DNA from: TPA_inf: Saccharomyces
Lineage: Eukaryota
Length of the DNA: 64,000 bases
Direction of reading: 5' to 3'
Assembly (NCBI GenBank): GCA_000146045.2
Contig: BK006945.2
Coordinates: 288,001 to 352,000 of the forward strand
Position numbers and translations under genes: made by a program. This document shows positions 11,501-21,800 of this stretch, piece after piece (the first letter of the stretch is position 1; every line of letters starts with the position of its first letter). Below the pieces are notes generated by a model. That model saw only the letters and a program-made list of their open reading frames with translations, was not told the origin of the DNA and made no database searches.

Positions 11501-12251
11501 CTAGCTCCAATGTAGTAGCGTTTAAAGAGGAAGTTGAGTTCGTACCGTTATTTGAACTACTGATAAGCGCAGAAGGATCATCCAGTGTATAAAACTGGCC
11601 TGCAAATAAAATGTTGTCATTATTTAGCTTGACTATGGAATTCACACTGGAGTTTTCACCAAACCCTCCAAAAGGTAAAAGTTGGGTGGTATTTGATATG
11701 GAGTCCCAAATGAGAGCACTATAGCCCGTCATGGAGCCATTATTATATGAAAAGTTTCCTCCAAAATAGATAGAAGAATTGTCTGCGAGCACAGCCTGAA
11801 CAGCTCCCAAAGACTGGTTGAATATAGGCGTCATAGACAGTGTCGACAAATTGTATAATATCTGGTTTCCGACAGAGATATTGTTTATCGTGCCTGATCC
11901 GCTAAGAATAAACGAATCAACGCCAAATGGTGTAATTTTGTCTATTCGAGTATCATCAGAGGCATCTTCCAACTGGATATAGGTGTTGTTAGAGTAATAA
12001 ACTAATCCATGTGAGCTTGTTTCTGGACCTATTTCTTTAGTGAAATTTTGTTGGCCTGTGTACTCGTAAAAAGATAAGGCGTCCACACCCCCGAGGATTT
12101 GTACTGCGTTGCTATTATTTTGCGATATATTCAAATTCGGTAGCACATTATCTTCGATGTCCAGAAGAGATTTAATATTCTCCAACTGTGATGCCTTCGA
12201 TATCTCCACAAGAAAAGGAAATGCGAGTGTCCAGAGACGATGAACAAACAT
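8589..12251 (-). CDS. RAX2: RAX2, a bipolar bud-site selection membrane glycoprotein of 1220 aa.
   Basis: A 1220-aa ORF with an N-terminal signal, many N-x-S/T sites, S/T-rich repeats and a single C-terminal TM followed by a short cytoplasmic tail. Size and position match YLR084C. Confidence 0.9.
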   Translation of the reverse strand: MFVHRLWTLAFPFLVEISKASQLENIKSLLDIEDNVLPNLNISQNNSNAVQILGGVDALSFYEYTGQQNFTKEIGPETSSHGLVYYSNNTYIQLEDASDDTRIDKITPFGVDSFILSGSGTINNISVGNQILYNLSTLSMTPIFNQSLGAVQAVLADNSSIYFGGNFSYNNGSMTGYSALIWDSISNTTQLLPFGGFGENSSVNSIVKLNNDNILFAGQFYTLDDPSALISSSNNGTNSTSSLNATTLELGQRIPLRYASWDSQGSTTFASDSLVCPNTNEDAWLYPDTSGSLVCNLPYEVSPTKIRLYNSQRSDSEISVFQILTDPSSSIMNLTYLDPLSGELKNCGEFCPLYSRATLLSASQNVSSSMDMITFIDNNKTDVKWTSDFQDFAFVNELPVSSLKFVALNSYGGSVGLSGLELYQDTFSTYANDSLNEYGCSALTNDSSSSTLSSNDWYNGLTGESYIAAKYVPDQNEPIPRVKFYPNIIHPGHYTINMYTPGCLQDNTCSARGIVNVTMWNQQNNTIMKTYLIYQNNDNLKYDQIYSGYLDFSPEIVLEYVSGIYTTNTATVVVADQVNVITVSLDAFNTLSDSSNAKKETLLNGILQYQKSNFTSTRLNETKVGNTTLNLFPVKNYPKNSSLYADIYDNKLVIGGVSNRISIVDLNDDFEVTSSKNQTIQGDVHGITKTNQGLLIFGDILSSNNQSAVFLFNGSFENVFNQSRTVNSALNISLANNDFIVLDNDYVVNASSNALIRNSSSFSLSLWAAGNNGDGDVLFSGAVSHMQYGNLNGSVRFLNENEIEPLNLEGGIVPYLGAYLNESATAYAYEVDSLNKIYFSNEVYPSWNWSSGITQMLYADNQTLLAVSAGSSTTAELSIFDLRNLTMIANETLGSNARINALVNFEKNCSMLVGGDFQMTEPNCTGLCLYNYESKTWSTFLNNTIFGEITQLSFTNSSELIISGLFETKEYQSIRLGSFNLTNSTMIPLLSGSEGKLNSFTVTEDSIVAWNDTSLFIYRNQEWNITSLPGNASSISSVSAIYTDIESNTLNKRGINNVNNGSILLLNGNFNISQYGYLQSLLFDFQKWTPYFISETTNTSNYNPIIFINRDVSTEFNSQSPLANVNITVTSPQSTSSQPPSSSASSESKSKSKKKKIGRGFVVLIGLALALGTVSVLGIAGVILAYVFKDPEGDYKPIKPRIDENEMLDTVPPEKLMKFV

Positions 12252-12410
12252 TTAATTTCTATATCGTAACGAAGAACAGGTGTATTTTGATCGTTTTCTC
12301 TTGCGTTTCTTCGTTTCCCGGTCAATCAACTGTATAAATATAAAACGAAAATTGTATTATCTTCTCCTACAAAGTCTAGTATGGGGATGATTAAAGCGCA
12401 CACTTTCCTT

Positions 12411-12630
12411 CGAGACTTCTGATGATGACATTTCCACATTTCCATATATTTCTTTTTTTGTATCGCGAAAAAATGGGAAGAATGGCGTTTCTAACCACTA
12501 AAAAAGAGGAATTTTTGCCTAATTTGGGAATTTGTCAATAAAAATGTAAAACATATGAGATGTATTATTGCCTGCGGAAGATTCTTAAAAACATGACAAA
12601 ATCCAAATTGAAAATGACCTGAAGGTCTCG
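12411..12630 (+). ncRNA. Speculative box C/D snoRNA-like architecture: a 6-bp terminal stem, a C box and a D box. I know of no annotation here.
   Basis: The layout is 5' CGAGAC-ttc-TGATGATGA ... (about 190 nt, AT-rich) ... aatgaC-CTGA-ag-GTCTCG 3'. The flanking hexamers CGAGAC and GTCTCG are perfect reverse complements placed at canonical distances from the C box (AUGAUGA, about 12422-12428) and the D box (CUGA, about 12619-12622). No convincing internal C'/D' boxes are present, and 220 nt is long for a yeast C/D snoRNA. Confidence 0.15.
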
Positions 12631-12672
12631 ACTTTTCGGATTTTCATTGTTGCTATGTAAATCTATAGTTAA

Positions 12673-13989
12673 TTATATCCAATTCTGGTAACCAAACCTG
12701 TGCTTCGTACACCAATCGGGACCATGCTCATAGTATTCTTCTCTTGTGACCCTCGCTTTTCGGTAGGAATCTGTCTTTGCAAACTGTGACATCACTTCCC
12801 ACCCAAACAGAGCACAGTCACCTTCGGGCACCGAAACATGACAAGTCCAATCTGTGGGTAATTGCCTTTGTAGTTCTGCCGCAAGCCGTTGGGCGAAATT
12901 GGGCAGATTAAAGTTTCCTCCTGTACATACAATGTTTCCTACCATAAGAGGTCGCACTATTTCGGGCAACATGGAAAGGCTCTCTAGGATGGCCTCCACA
13001 ATGCCTGGTTTAGTAATTTGCGAAATTTCTGGATGGAAAAAAGTTTCTGGTATTGTGAAAAGCTCATCTGTCAGTGTTATGATCTGCGCATCTTCAGGTA
13101 ACGGTACATTTTCTTTTCTGGGGTTTCTTACGTAACCAAGAAAGCTTGTTTGGAAGTCAGGAAGTACATATTCTAGTGCATGCTTATCCTTCGTTTTGAA
13201 ACTATCAAAATAAGACACCGGGCTAACGAACAAGCATTGTTCCTTGATATTGTTAACAAGTATGGTTTCATCCATCATATTGTAGTGTCTGAATGATAGA
13301 GTTTCCTTTAGTAGCCCAGTTAGGAAACGGCCTCCAATGTCCAATTTTTTTACCGCTTTATAGTACGGTATTCCCTTCAGGACAGGAATTATCCAAGTAC
13401 AATTAAACCCGGAATCAATAACTAATTGGAAATCATGATAATCGCTACCTGAATCCTGCGCATTCTTGGACTCGCTTGATGTGGAATTTGTACTGTCTGA
13501 GTTGCCACGGACAATATCGATATCTTCGTCCTTACCTGAAATTGTTCTCATTTCACCCTTATATGACTTGGTAAATGGTACAAAGACTGCTACAGGAGAC
13601 TTGAAAAGACTGTCGAATTCATATTCTTCAAATATCACCTGGTCGGCATGCTTACTTAATTCTGGTAAAGTCATACAGCTCTCGCTAGCAACCAAATGAT
13701 GACCCTTTCCCTCTTTCAGATCAAACCCATCAAACTCTGAAGGATTGAAAAGGCAATAATCCCATATACAACTCTCTAATTCCCATAATGTGAGCTGTCC
13801 TAGTTCATGTGGCCTCCTGAAGGTGATAGATGAAATATCTTTGATGTTTTTGATATGATTTGATAAATACGATGTCCCAAATTTATCTTTGGCCAATGCA
13901 TTTAAAGCTCGGAACGGTTTCTTATTCGTGGAAGGACCAAACTTGATTTCGTATGAGCCATTATCAATCACAATGGGTGGTGTTTCCAT
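12673..13989 (-). CDS. ARP6: ARP6, an actin-related protein of the SWR1 complex, 438 aa.
   Basis: A 438-aa ORF with actin-fold motifs (METPPIVIDNGSYEIKFG at the N-terminus). Size and position match YLR085C. Confidence 0.9.
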   Translation of the reverse strand: METPPIVIDNGSYEIKFGPSTNKKPFRALNALAKDKFGTSYLSNHIKNIKDISSITFRRPHELGQLTLWELESCIWDYCLFNPSEFDGFDLKEGKGHHLVASESCMTLPELSKHADQVIFEEYEFDSLFKSPVAVFVPFTKSYKGEMRTISGKDEDIDIVRGNSDSTNSTSSESKNAQDSGSDYHDFQLVIDSGFNCTWIIPVLKGIPYYKAVKKLDIGGRFLTGLLKETLSFRHYNMMDETILVNNIKEQCLFVSPVSYFDSFKTKDKHALEYVLPDFQTSFLGYVRNPRKENVPLPEDAQIITLTDELFTIPETFFHPEISQITKPGIVEAILESLSMLPEIVRPLMVGNIVCTGGNFNLPNFAQRLAAELQRQLPTDWTCHVSVPEGDCALFGWEVMSQFAKTDSYRKARVTREEYYEHGPDWCTKHRFGYQNWI

Positions 13990-14242
13990 AGTTTAAATTA
14001 TCTTGTCCACGATTCTGCGCTTCTTCTCCTTTGGTCTTGCATTAATTCTCTTGTTCTTCTTGGCCCATTTTGAAATGCATTTGTAATTATGGACGGAAAG
14101 TAAACTGTTTACAATAATCACGAAAATACATATAGGTTTACATTATCTACACACTGGAATCGATTTCATACCATAAAAGAGGCCCTATAAGAAGCCGCAT
14201 CACCTTAAACACTAACCACGTGCAACCAACAGAATATATTTG

Positions 14243-17200
14243 ATGTCTGATAGTCCATTGAGCAAAAGACAAAAGCGGAAGTCCGCCCAAGAACCAGAAT
14301 TATCTCTTGATCAAGGTGATGCCGAAGAAGATTCGCAGGTAGAAAACCGAGTTAACCTAAGCGAGAATACACCAGAGCCGGATCTTCCTGCGTTGGAAGC
14401 ATCTTATTCCAAATCTTATACTCCCAGAAAGCTTGTTTTAAGTTCTGGGGAAAATCGGTATGCCTTTTCTCAACCTACAAACTCAACAACCACGTCATTA
14501 CATGTACCGAACTTGCAACCACCAAAAACCTCTTCTAGGGGTCGCGACCATAAGTCCTACTCTCAATCACCACCAAGGTCTCCAGGAAGATCGCCAACTA
14601 GAAGATTAGAATTGCTCCAGCTTTCGCCAGTGAAAAATAGCAGGGTTGAACTACAAAAAATTTATGATAGGCACCAGTCGTCGAGCAAGCAACAGAGCAG
14701 ACTATTTATTAACGAACTAGTCTTAGAGAACTTCAAGTCCTACGCTGGTAAACAAGTAGTAGGACCCTTTCATACTAGCTTCTCGGCCGTGGTAGGCCCC
14801 AATGGTTCAGGTAAATCAAATGTCATCGATTCCATGTTATTTGTATTTGGATTTAGAGCGAACAAGATGAGACAGGACAGATTGTCGGATTTAATTCATA
14901 AATCAGAAGCTTTCCCAAGTTTGCAATCATGTTCCGTAGCTGTACATTTTCAGTACGTTATTGATGAATCTTCGGGTACTTCCCGAATCGATGAAGAAAA
15001 ACCTGGATTGATCATTACAAGGAAAGCCTTTAAAAACAACTCATCGAAATATTACATAAACGAAAAAGAAAGTAGCTACACAGAGGTGACAAAGCTTTTA
15101 AAGAATGAGGGTATTGATTTAGACCATAAACGATTTTTAATTCTACAAGGTGAAGTAGAGAATATTGCTCAAATGAAGCCTAAAGCAGAAAAAGAGAGTG
15201 ACGACGGACTACTGGAATATCTGGAGGACATAATTGGAACTGCAAACTATAAGCCGTTAATTGAAGAGCGAATGGGACAGATTGAGAATCTAAATGAAGT
15301 TTGCCTGGAAAAGGAAAATAGATTTGAAATTGTTGATAGAGAAAAAAACTCTTTAGAGTCAGGGAAAGAAACGGCGTTAGAGTTTTTAGAGAAGGAAAAG
15401 CAGCTGACGCTTTTAAGATCAAAATTATTTCAATTTAAATTGTTGCAAAGCAACTCTAAACTTGCCAGCACCTTGGAAAAGATCTCCTCTTCGAATAAAG
15501 ACCTCGAAGATGAGAAGATGAAATTTCAAGAATCTTTGAAAAAAGTGGATGAGATTAAAGCACAACGTAAGGAAATAAAAGATCGAATATCATCTTGTAG
15601 CTCGAAAGAAAAGACCCTGGTTTTAGAAAGAAGAGAATTAGAAGGCACCAGGGTGTCTCTAGAAGAGAGAACAAAAAATTTGGTAAGTAAAATGGAAAAA
15701 GCAGAAAAGACTTTGAAATCCACCAAACATTCAATATCGGAGGCCGAGAATATGCTTGAAGAGCTTCGTGGACAACAAACCGAACACGAGACGGAGATCA
15801 AAGACTTGACTCAATTGCTGGAAAAGGAACGAAGTATACTTGATGATATTAAACTATCTTTGAAAGATAAAACGAAGAATATATCTGCAGAGATTATTCG
15901 GCATGAAAAGGAACTGGAGCCTTGGGACCTCCAACTTCAGGAAAAAGAATCACAGATACAATTGGCTGAATCCGAACTATCTTTGTTGGAGGAAACTCAA
16001 GCTAAACTGAAAAAAAACGTTGAAACTTTAGAAGAAAAAATTCTTGCCAAGAAAACACACAAGCAGGAGCTACAAGATCTTATCCTCGATCTGAAAAAGA
16101 AGCTGAACTCACTTAAAGATGAAAGGTCGCAAGGTGAAAAGAATTTTACTTCTGCTCATCTAAAGTTAAAAGAAATGCAAAAGGTTTTGAACGCGCATCG
16201 CCAGCGTGCAATGGAAGCTAGATCCTCTTTATCAAAAGCTCAGAATAAAAGTAAGGTTTTAACAGCTTTATCGAGACTGCAAAAGTCAGGACGTATAAAT
16301 GGTTTCCATGGACGTTTGGGCGATTTGGGCGTTATCGACGATAGTTTTGACGTTGCTATTTCTACTGCTTGTCCGAGACTAGATGATGTCGTGGTTGATA
16401 CTGTAGAATGTGCGCAACACTGCATCGACTACTTAAGAAAAAACAAACTTGGTTATGCAAGGTTTATTCTCTTGGATAGGTTACGCCAATTCAATTTACA
16501 ACCTATCAGTACACCAGAAAATGTACCGAGACTATTTGATTTAGTTAAACCTAAAAACCCAAAATTCTCAAATGCATTTTACAGTGTTCTTAGAGACACT
16601 TTGGTTGCTCAGAATTTAAAACAAGCCAATAATGTAGCATATGGGAAGAAAAGATTTAGAGTTGTCACTGTGGATGGGAAATTAATTGATATTTCTGGTA
16701 CAATGAGTGGTGGTGGCAACCATGTAGCAAAAGGTCTAATGAAATTAGGTACGAATCAGTCAGACAAGGTTGATGATTACACCCCCGAGGAAGTAGATAA
16801 AATTGAGCGTGAGCTATCTGAAAGAGAAAATAACTTCCGCGTGGCAAGCGATACGGTCCACGAGATGGAGGAAGAACTGAAAAAATTGAGGGACCACGAA
16901 CCAGACTTGGAATCACAAATATCAAAGGCAGAAATGGAAGCTGATTCCTTGGCGAGTGAATTGACACTGGCAGAACAACAAGTGAAAGAGGCAGAAATGG
17001 CGTACGTCAAGGCAGTTAGTGACAAAGCGCAACTAAACGTGGTGATGAAGAATTTGGAACGCTTGAGAGGCGAATACAATGATTTGCAATCCGAAACAAA
17101 AACTAAAAAGGAAAAGATCAAAGGCTTGCAAGACGAAATCATGAAAATTGGTGGTATCAAATTGCAAATGCAAAATTCAAAAGTTGAATCAGTTTGTCAG

Positions 17201-18499
17201 AAATTGGATATTCTAGTGGCCAAACTTAAAAAAGTCAAATCTGCCTCAAAGAAGTCAGGAGGAGATGTCGTAAAGTTTCAAAAACTGCTCCAAAACTCTG
17301 AAAGAGACGTAGAACTATCATCAGATGAGTTAAAAGTCATCGAAGAACAACTAAAACATACAAAACTGGCTTTGGCAGAAAATGACACAAATATGAATGA
17401 GACGCTCAACTTGAAAGTTGAATTAAAAGAACAGAGCGAACAACTGAAGGAACAAATGGAGGACATGGAGGAAAGCATCAATGAATTTAAATCTATAGAA
17501 ATCGAAATGAAGAACAAGCTGGAAAAATTGAACTCACTGTTGACGTACATCAAAAGTGAGATAACGCAGCAAGAAAAAGGATTAAACGAACTATCAATTA
17601 GGGATGTAACCCACACCCTGGGAATGTTAGACGATAATAAAATGGACTCAGTGAAAGAGGATGTTAAAAACAATCAAGAACTTGATCAGGAATACCGGTC
17701 CTGTGAAACTCAAGATGAGAGTGAAATAAAAGACGCTGAGACTTCTTGTGACAATTATCATCCTATGAACATTGATGAGACTTCAGATGAGGTATCCAGA
17801 GGGATACCAAGACTTTCTGAGGACGAATTAAGGGAGTTGGACGTAGAACTGATTGAAAGTAAAATAAATGAATTGTCATATTATGTCGAAGAGACTAACG
17901 TGGATATTGGAGTTTTGGAAGAGTACGCTAGGCGCTTAGCAGAGTTCAAAAGAAGGAAGCTGGATTTAAATAATGCTGTTCAAAAAAGAGATGAAGTTAA
18001 GGAACAATTAGGAATACTTAAAAAGAAAAGATTTGATGAATTTATGGCTGGCTTTAATATCATATCAATGACCCTAAAAGAAATGTACCAAATGATTACT
18101 ATGGGTGGAAATGCTGAATTAGAACTTGTGGATAGTCTAGATCCTTTTTCTGAAGGAGTTACGTTTAGTGTTATGCCTCCTAAAAAGAGTTGGAGAAATA
18201 TAACAAACCTTTCAGGTGGTGAGAAAACACTAAGCTCCTTGGCTTTGGTTTTTGCTTTACATAAGTATAAACCAACCCCCCTTTATGTCATGGATGAAAT
18301 AGATGCCGCTCTGGATTTCAGAAATGTCTCAATCGTAGCTAACTATATCAAAGAAAGAACCAAGAATGCACAGTTTATTGTTATTTCGCTGAGAAATAAC
18401 ATGTTCGAATTAGCACAACAGTTAGTTGGTGTTTATAAAAGAGATAATAGAACCAAAAGTACCACGATTAAAAACATAGATATCTTAAACAGAACTTAG
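14243..18499 (+). CDS. SMC4: SMC4, a condensin SMC subunit of 1418 aa.
   Basis: Walker A GPNGSGKSN, long coiled coils, a central hinge and the C-terminal LSGGEKTLSSLALVFAL ABC signature with Walker B. The track start at 14240 is a TTG; the true ATG is at 14243 (MSDSPLSKRQK). Confidence 0.92.
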   Translation: MSDSPLSKRQKRKSAQEPELSLDQGDAEEDSQVENRVNLSENTPEPDLPALEASYSKSYTPRKLVLSSGENRYAFSQPTNSTTTSLHVPNLQPPKTSSRGRDHKSYSQSPPRSPGRSPTRRLELLQLSPVKNSRVELQKIYDRHQSSSKQQSRLFINELVLENFKSYAGKQVVGPFHTSFSAVVGPNGSGKSNVIDSMLFVFGFRANKMRQDRLSDLIHKSEAFPSLQSCSVAVHFQYVIDESSGTSRIDEEKPGLIITRKAFKNNSSKYYINEKESSYTEVTKLLKNEGIDLDHKRFLILQGEVENIAQMKPKAEKESDDGLLEYLEDIIGTANYKPLIEERMGQIENLNEVCLEKENRFEIVDREKNSLESGKETALEFLEKEKQLTLLRSKLFQFKLLQSNSKLASTLEKISSSNKDLEDEKMKFQESLKKVDEIKAQRKEIKDRISSCSSKEKTLVLERRELEGTRVSLEERTKNLVSKMEKAEKTLKSTKHSISEAENMLEELRGQQTEHETEIKDLTQLLEKERSILDDIKLSLKDKTKNISAEIIRHEKELEPWDLQLQEKESQIQLAESELSLLEETQAKLKKNVETLEEKILAKKTHKQELQDLILDLKKKLNSLKDERSQGEKNFTSAHLKLKEMQKVLNAHRQRAMEARSSLSKAQNKSKVLTALSRLQKSGRINGFHGRLGDLGVIDDSFDVAISTACPRLDDVVVDTVECAQHCIDYLRKNKLGYARFILLDRLRQFNLQPISTPENVPRLFDLVKPKNPKFSNAFYSVLRDTLVAQNLKQANNVAYGKKRFRVVTVDGKLIDISGTMSGGGNHVAKGLMKLGTNQSDKVDDYTPEEVDKIERELSERENNFRVASDTVHEMEEELKKLRDHEPDLESQISKAEMEADSLASELTLAEQQVKEAEMAYVKAVSDKAQLNVVMKNLERLRGEYNDLQSETKTKKEKIKGLQDEIMKIGGIKLQMQNSKVESVCQKLDILVAKLKKVKSASKKSGGDVVKFQKLLQNSERDVELSSDELKVIEEQLKHTKLALAENDTNMNETLNLKVELKEQSEQLKEQMEDMEESINEFKSIEIEMKNKLEKLNSLLTYIKSEITQQEKGLNELSIRDVTHTLGMLDDNKMDSVKEDVKNNQELDQEYRSCETQDESEIKDAETSCDNYHPMNIDETSDEVSRGIPRLSEDELRELDVELIESKINELSYYVEETNVDIGVLEEYARRLAEFKRRKLDLNNAVQKRDEVKEQLGILKKKRFDEFMAGFNIISMTLKEMYQMITMGGNAELELVDSLDPFSEGVTFSVMPPKKSWRNITNLSGGEKTLSSLALVFALHKYKPTPLYVMDEIDAALDFRNVSIVANYIKERTKNAQFIVISLRNNMFELAQQLVGVYKRDNRTKSTTIKNIDILNRT

Positions 18500-18854
18500 C
18501 TAGTACAATAATCAATTCAAGAGCACTTGCTGATTGTAATATCATGCTATCAAAGAAGTTTAAAGATACTACCCAAATTCCCGCCTGTTTATTTCTTCTT
18601 TTGGGCAGCAGTTAGGAAATAAAAAAAAAAAAGGTCAATGATAATGCACCAAAAACAGAAAGTACATGTATATCTTAACAAACTCTCAAAATACAATTTA
18701 AACAAAGTTTTTTGAAGCAAAATTCGAATGCAAGATTCATAAATATGGGGCGTAGGAAATCTATACTATATGCAAATATCACGTAGTTAAAAAACTATAA
18801 AACATAAACCAGAAATATGGTATCAAGGACTTTTGAATATAATTAGGAACGAGA

Positions 18855-21800
18855 TTAATGCGTATCATCTAGTATCTTGACATACTGCTTTTCTGCAAGA
18901 TAAACAAGCTTTTGGACGGGGATAACTGCGGTTTGGTGAGTGAATTTCGGAAATTTTTTTCTATTGACACCAAACCATTCCATAGGTGGAGTGGCGTCTC
19001 CCAGATCTCTTATCTGAGGCACTTCGATCTGCGGTTCTTCTAGTGCAATATAATTAAACTTTGAAGCGGCTTCTTCCTTTTTAATTGATTCTTCAAGTTC
19101 TTCCTCAGTTTGTCCAAAGGAAATATTTGCTACCTGGGATCGACGAACTGCCAGTGCTTTGACATGTGTAGTCCACATTTCCTTTATGAAGTCTACAGGC
19201 CCTAGATTCCACCTTACAGATATTTTGTCTGAAAAAGAGCAAGCAAATAGATATTCTAAATTATTTGTCTTTTCTTCTTGTAAAGTTGTCATATGAACAG
19301 CAAGTTTTGGAATATCAATGATAGTACCACCGACAATCTTGGAAGCATAATGCATGTAATCATCAATAGCAATGGAAGCTCCAACTTCCTCATCTAATTC
19401 TTCTTTGGAAGTAGAAAGCGCTGCAGAAACATCTAAAACTTGTAGTTGCAAATCTGTCTTTAATTTTTTCCCCGAATGTGTTTCGGAACGTATAGAGACT
19501 TTGTCAATTCTTATTACTAACACTTCCACATCGAATAAAGATATTGGCGAAATCTGGACCTTTGAAGAGGAGATATTCACCGAGAGATCAGTTCTGAGTA
19601 ATTTCAGCGATCTTAAAATGTCTTTGTATAATATTGGTTGCCTAGATTCACCAGGATTGGAATCTCTCAACGTCTCCATATACGATATTTTATTATCCTG
19701 CCTCATACGTACAATGGTGTTGTAGATATCCAGTATATTTGCTACAACTAATGCAGTAGAGCTGAGGATAATTTCATCTGATGAAAAAGAGACCTGCAGC
19801 AAATCAGGTAGAACCCCCTTGGCATCCTTTTCATTATGAAGATGGAAGTGTATGTTACTTATAGTGCCGATTAAGAACATATGATAATCAAAAGCAGCCT
19901 TTACCGCTATATCATCAATATTCAGGGAGGTGGAAACTAATGGATGAGTATTTTTGCTTTTTTCAGGTGGCCATTTTACTTCTGATAACCAACTTGCATT
20001 CGCAACTTCAAATAAACCACTCAGTCTACCTTCTGATGTCAAGCTAATACCGTCAGTGAAAGCATGCAGTAACTGCCGCTTCTCGTTATAATGATCTGTG
20101 GCCAGCCATGTTCTTTGTGTCCTTAATGAAATCATACCGAGAGAAGGACCCAAATCAACGTCTCCGCTAACATTTGTAAAAATTAATGTAAAGCACCAGG
20201 GTATTTCCGTACCTGCATCGGCATAGTTGGTTGATGTTAATGAACTCATTTCAATTTCCTTATTAACAGTTCTTTGCACTGGCCGTGTGTGTAAAATGCT
20301 ACTGAACCTCCATATGTCCAAGAATAAATACAGGTTCTGGAGCTGCTTTACATTGAAGAAGACGCTTAGATCAGAAACCAACCCCGTTCCATACATACTG
20401 ATTACATCAGGATGTGTAAATAAAAGCGTCAAGTCCATGAAACCAACTTCAAAGGACGTACTTACTTCTCTTGAAAATATGTGCTTAATGGACGCTTTTG
20501 TGTGTTCTAGAGTTAAAGAAAACTCCAAAGGCTGTTCAGAGTCGAACTCATTGGTAGCCATACTGAACAAAAACGATTCAAATCCAACATCTGCCTGAAC
20601 CTTAGCTTTTGGTTCACAGCTCAAACTTAGCTGTTGCTTGGCTGATGTTAGTTTTACAGCCACATCAAATTGATCCAAAAGTCGCTTATAATCAACATTC
20701 TGTGAAGAAGGTTTTGTAAAGTTTGGTTTTTCGTCGGTGCTATGTTTCTTTATCATCTTTTGCAGACTTTCAGAAAATTCCATTAATAAAGGAGCACATC
20801 CCGCATACAAAGTATTATGCGTTGGGTCGACAGTGATTAATGTTCTGAATTTATGTGGCTTAACTTTATCTTCATCATGTTTATATGTACAGTTTATAGT
20901 GACTACTGGACTTTTTATTTCAAAAGATGGCTCACTCTTGGTTTCAATATCTTCGTACGTGTAAACCCTAAATACACCACCGTCATACTTGAAATTTGAG
21001 TTAACAGATCTAATGTTATCGAGAAAGGGAGCCAAACTACTCGAAGCACTTTCGACACTGGTACTAGCATAAGAATTATCATTTTCCGCACGCAAACTCT
21101 CGGACACATCCAGAATGTTCTTTTTCAGCTCTTGAAATGCTCGCATGGATTGTAAAGTAGACTCAATGACATCCATGAATGACGGGACAAAGTTTACATC
21201 CAGTGCTTCACCATGAAATCTAAAAAACCAATCTTTCAACTCACCACATCTTTTGAACCAGTAGGATATTTGCATGTTTGGCAAGAAACTTCTATTATAT
21301 TTGTCTTTCTCGTTTCCTTCAGAGAAAAAAGTGCTTGAGGTATTACCATTCGCAACAGAGAAAAAAGCGTCCACAACTGTGAATTTCCCAAAATCCTTTT
21401 CATATGCTGAAAACAATCTGTTATAACCTAACATTAACCCAGGATTGGAGCCTGCTCCATACTGGAATATCCACCCAATACAAAATTTATAGGACAGGAT
21501 GTGTATTGAACGGAAATTTATGGGCATTTCTTTTGACTTATCACTTTTACCGGTGAACATCTTAGTGTTCCAAATATTAGGGGCATGGCGTCTTGAATAG
21601 TAATGGCTCAAGTCTAGCAATTTATGCGCGCCCCACATTAATCTTAATAGAGAATCAGGAGATAAGCAGACCCTGAAATGAGAACTTTCCACTTGGAATG
21701 ACTGCTCCGTATCAACCGTTCTTTGTAGGGTTGATACTTTTATGGAAAAGTCGAGTAATTTGGAAAGACCAATGGGTAGTGACCGCTCCTTTATTAGAAA

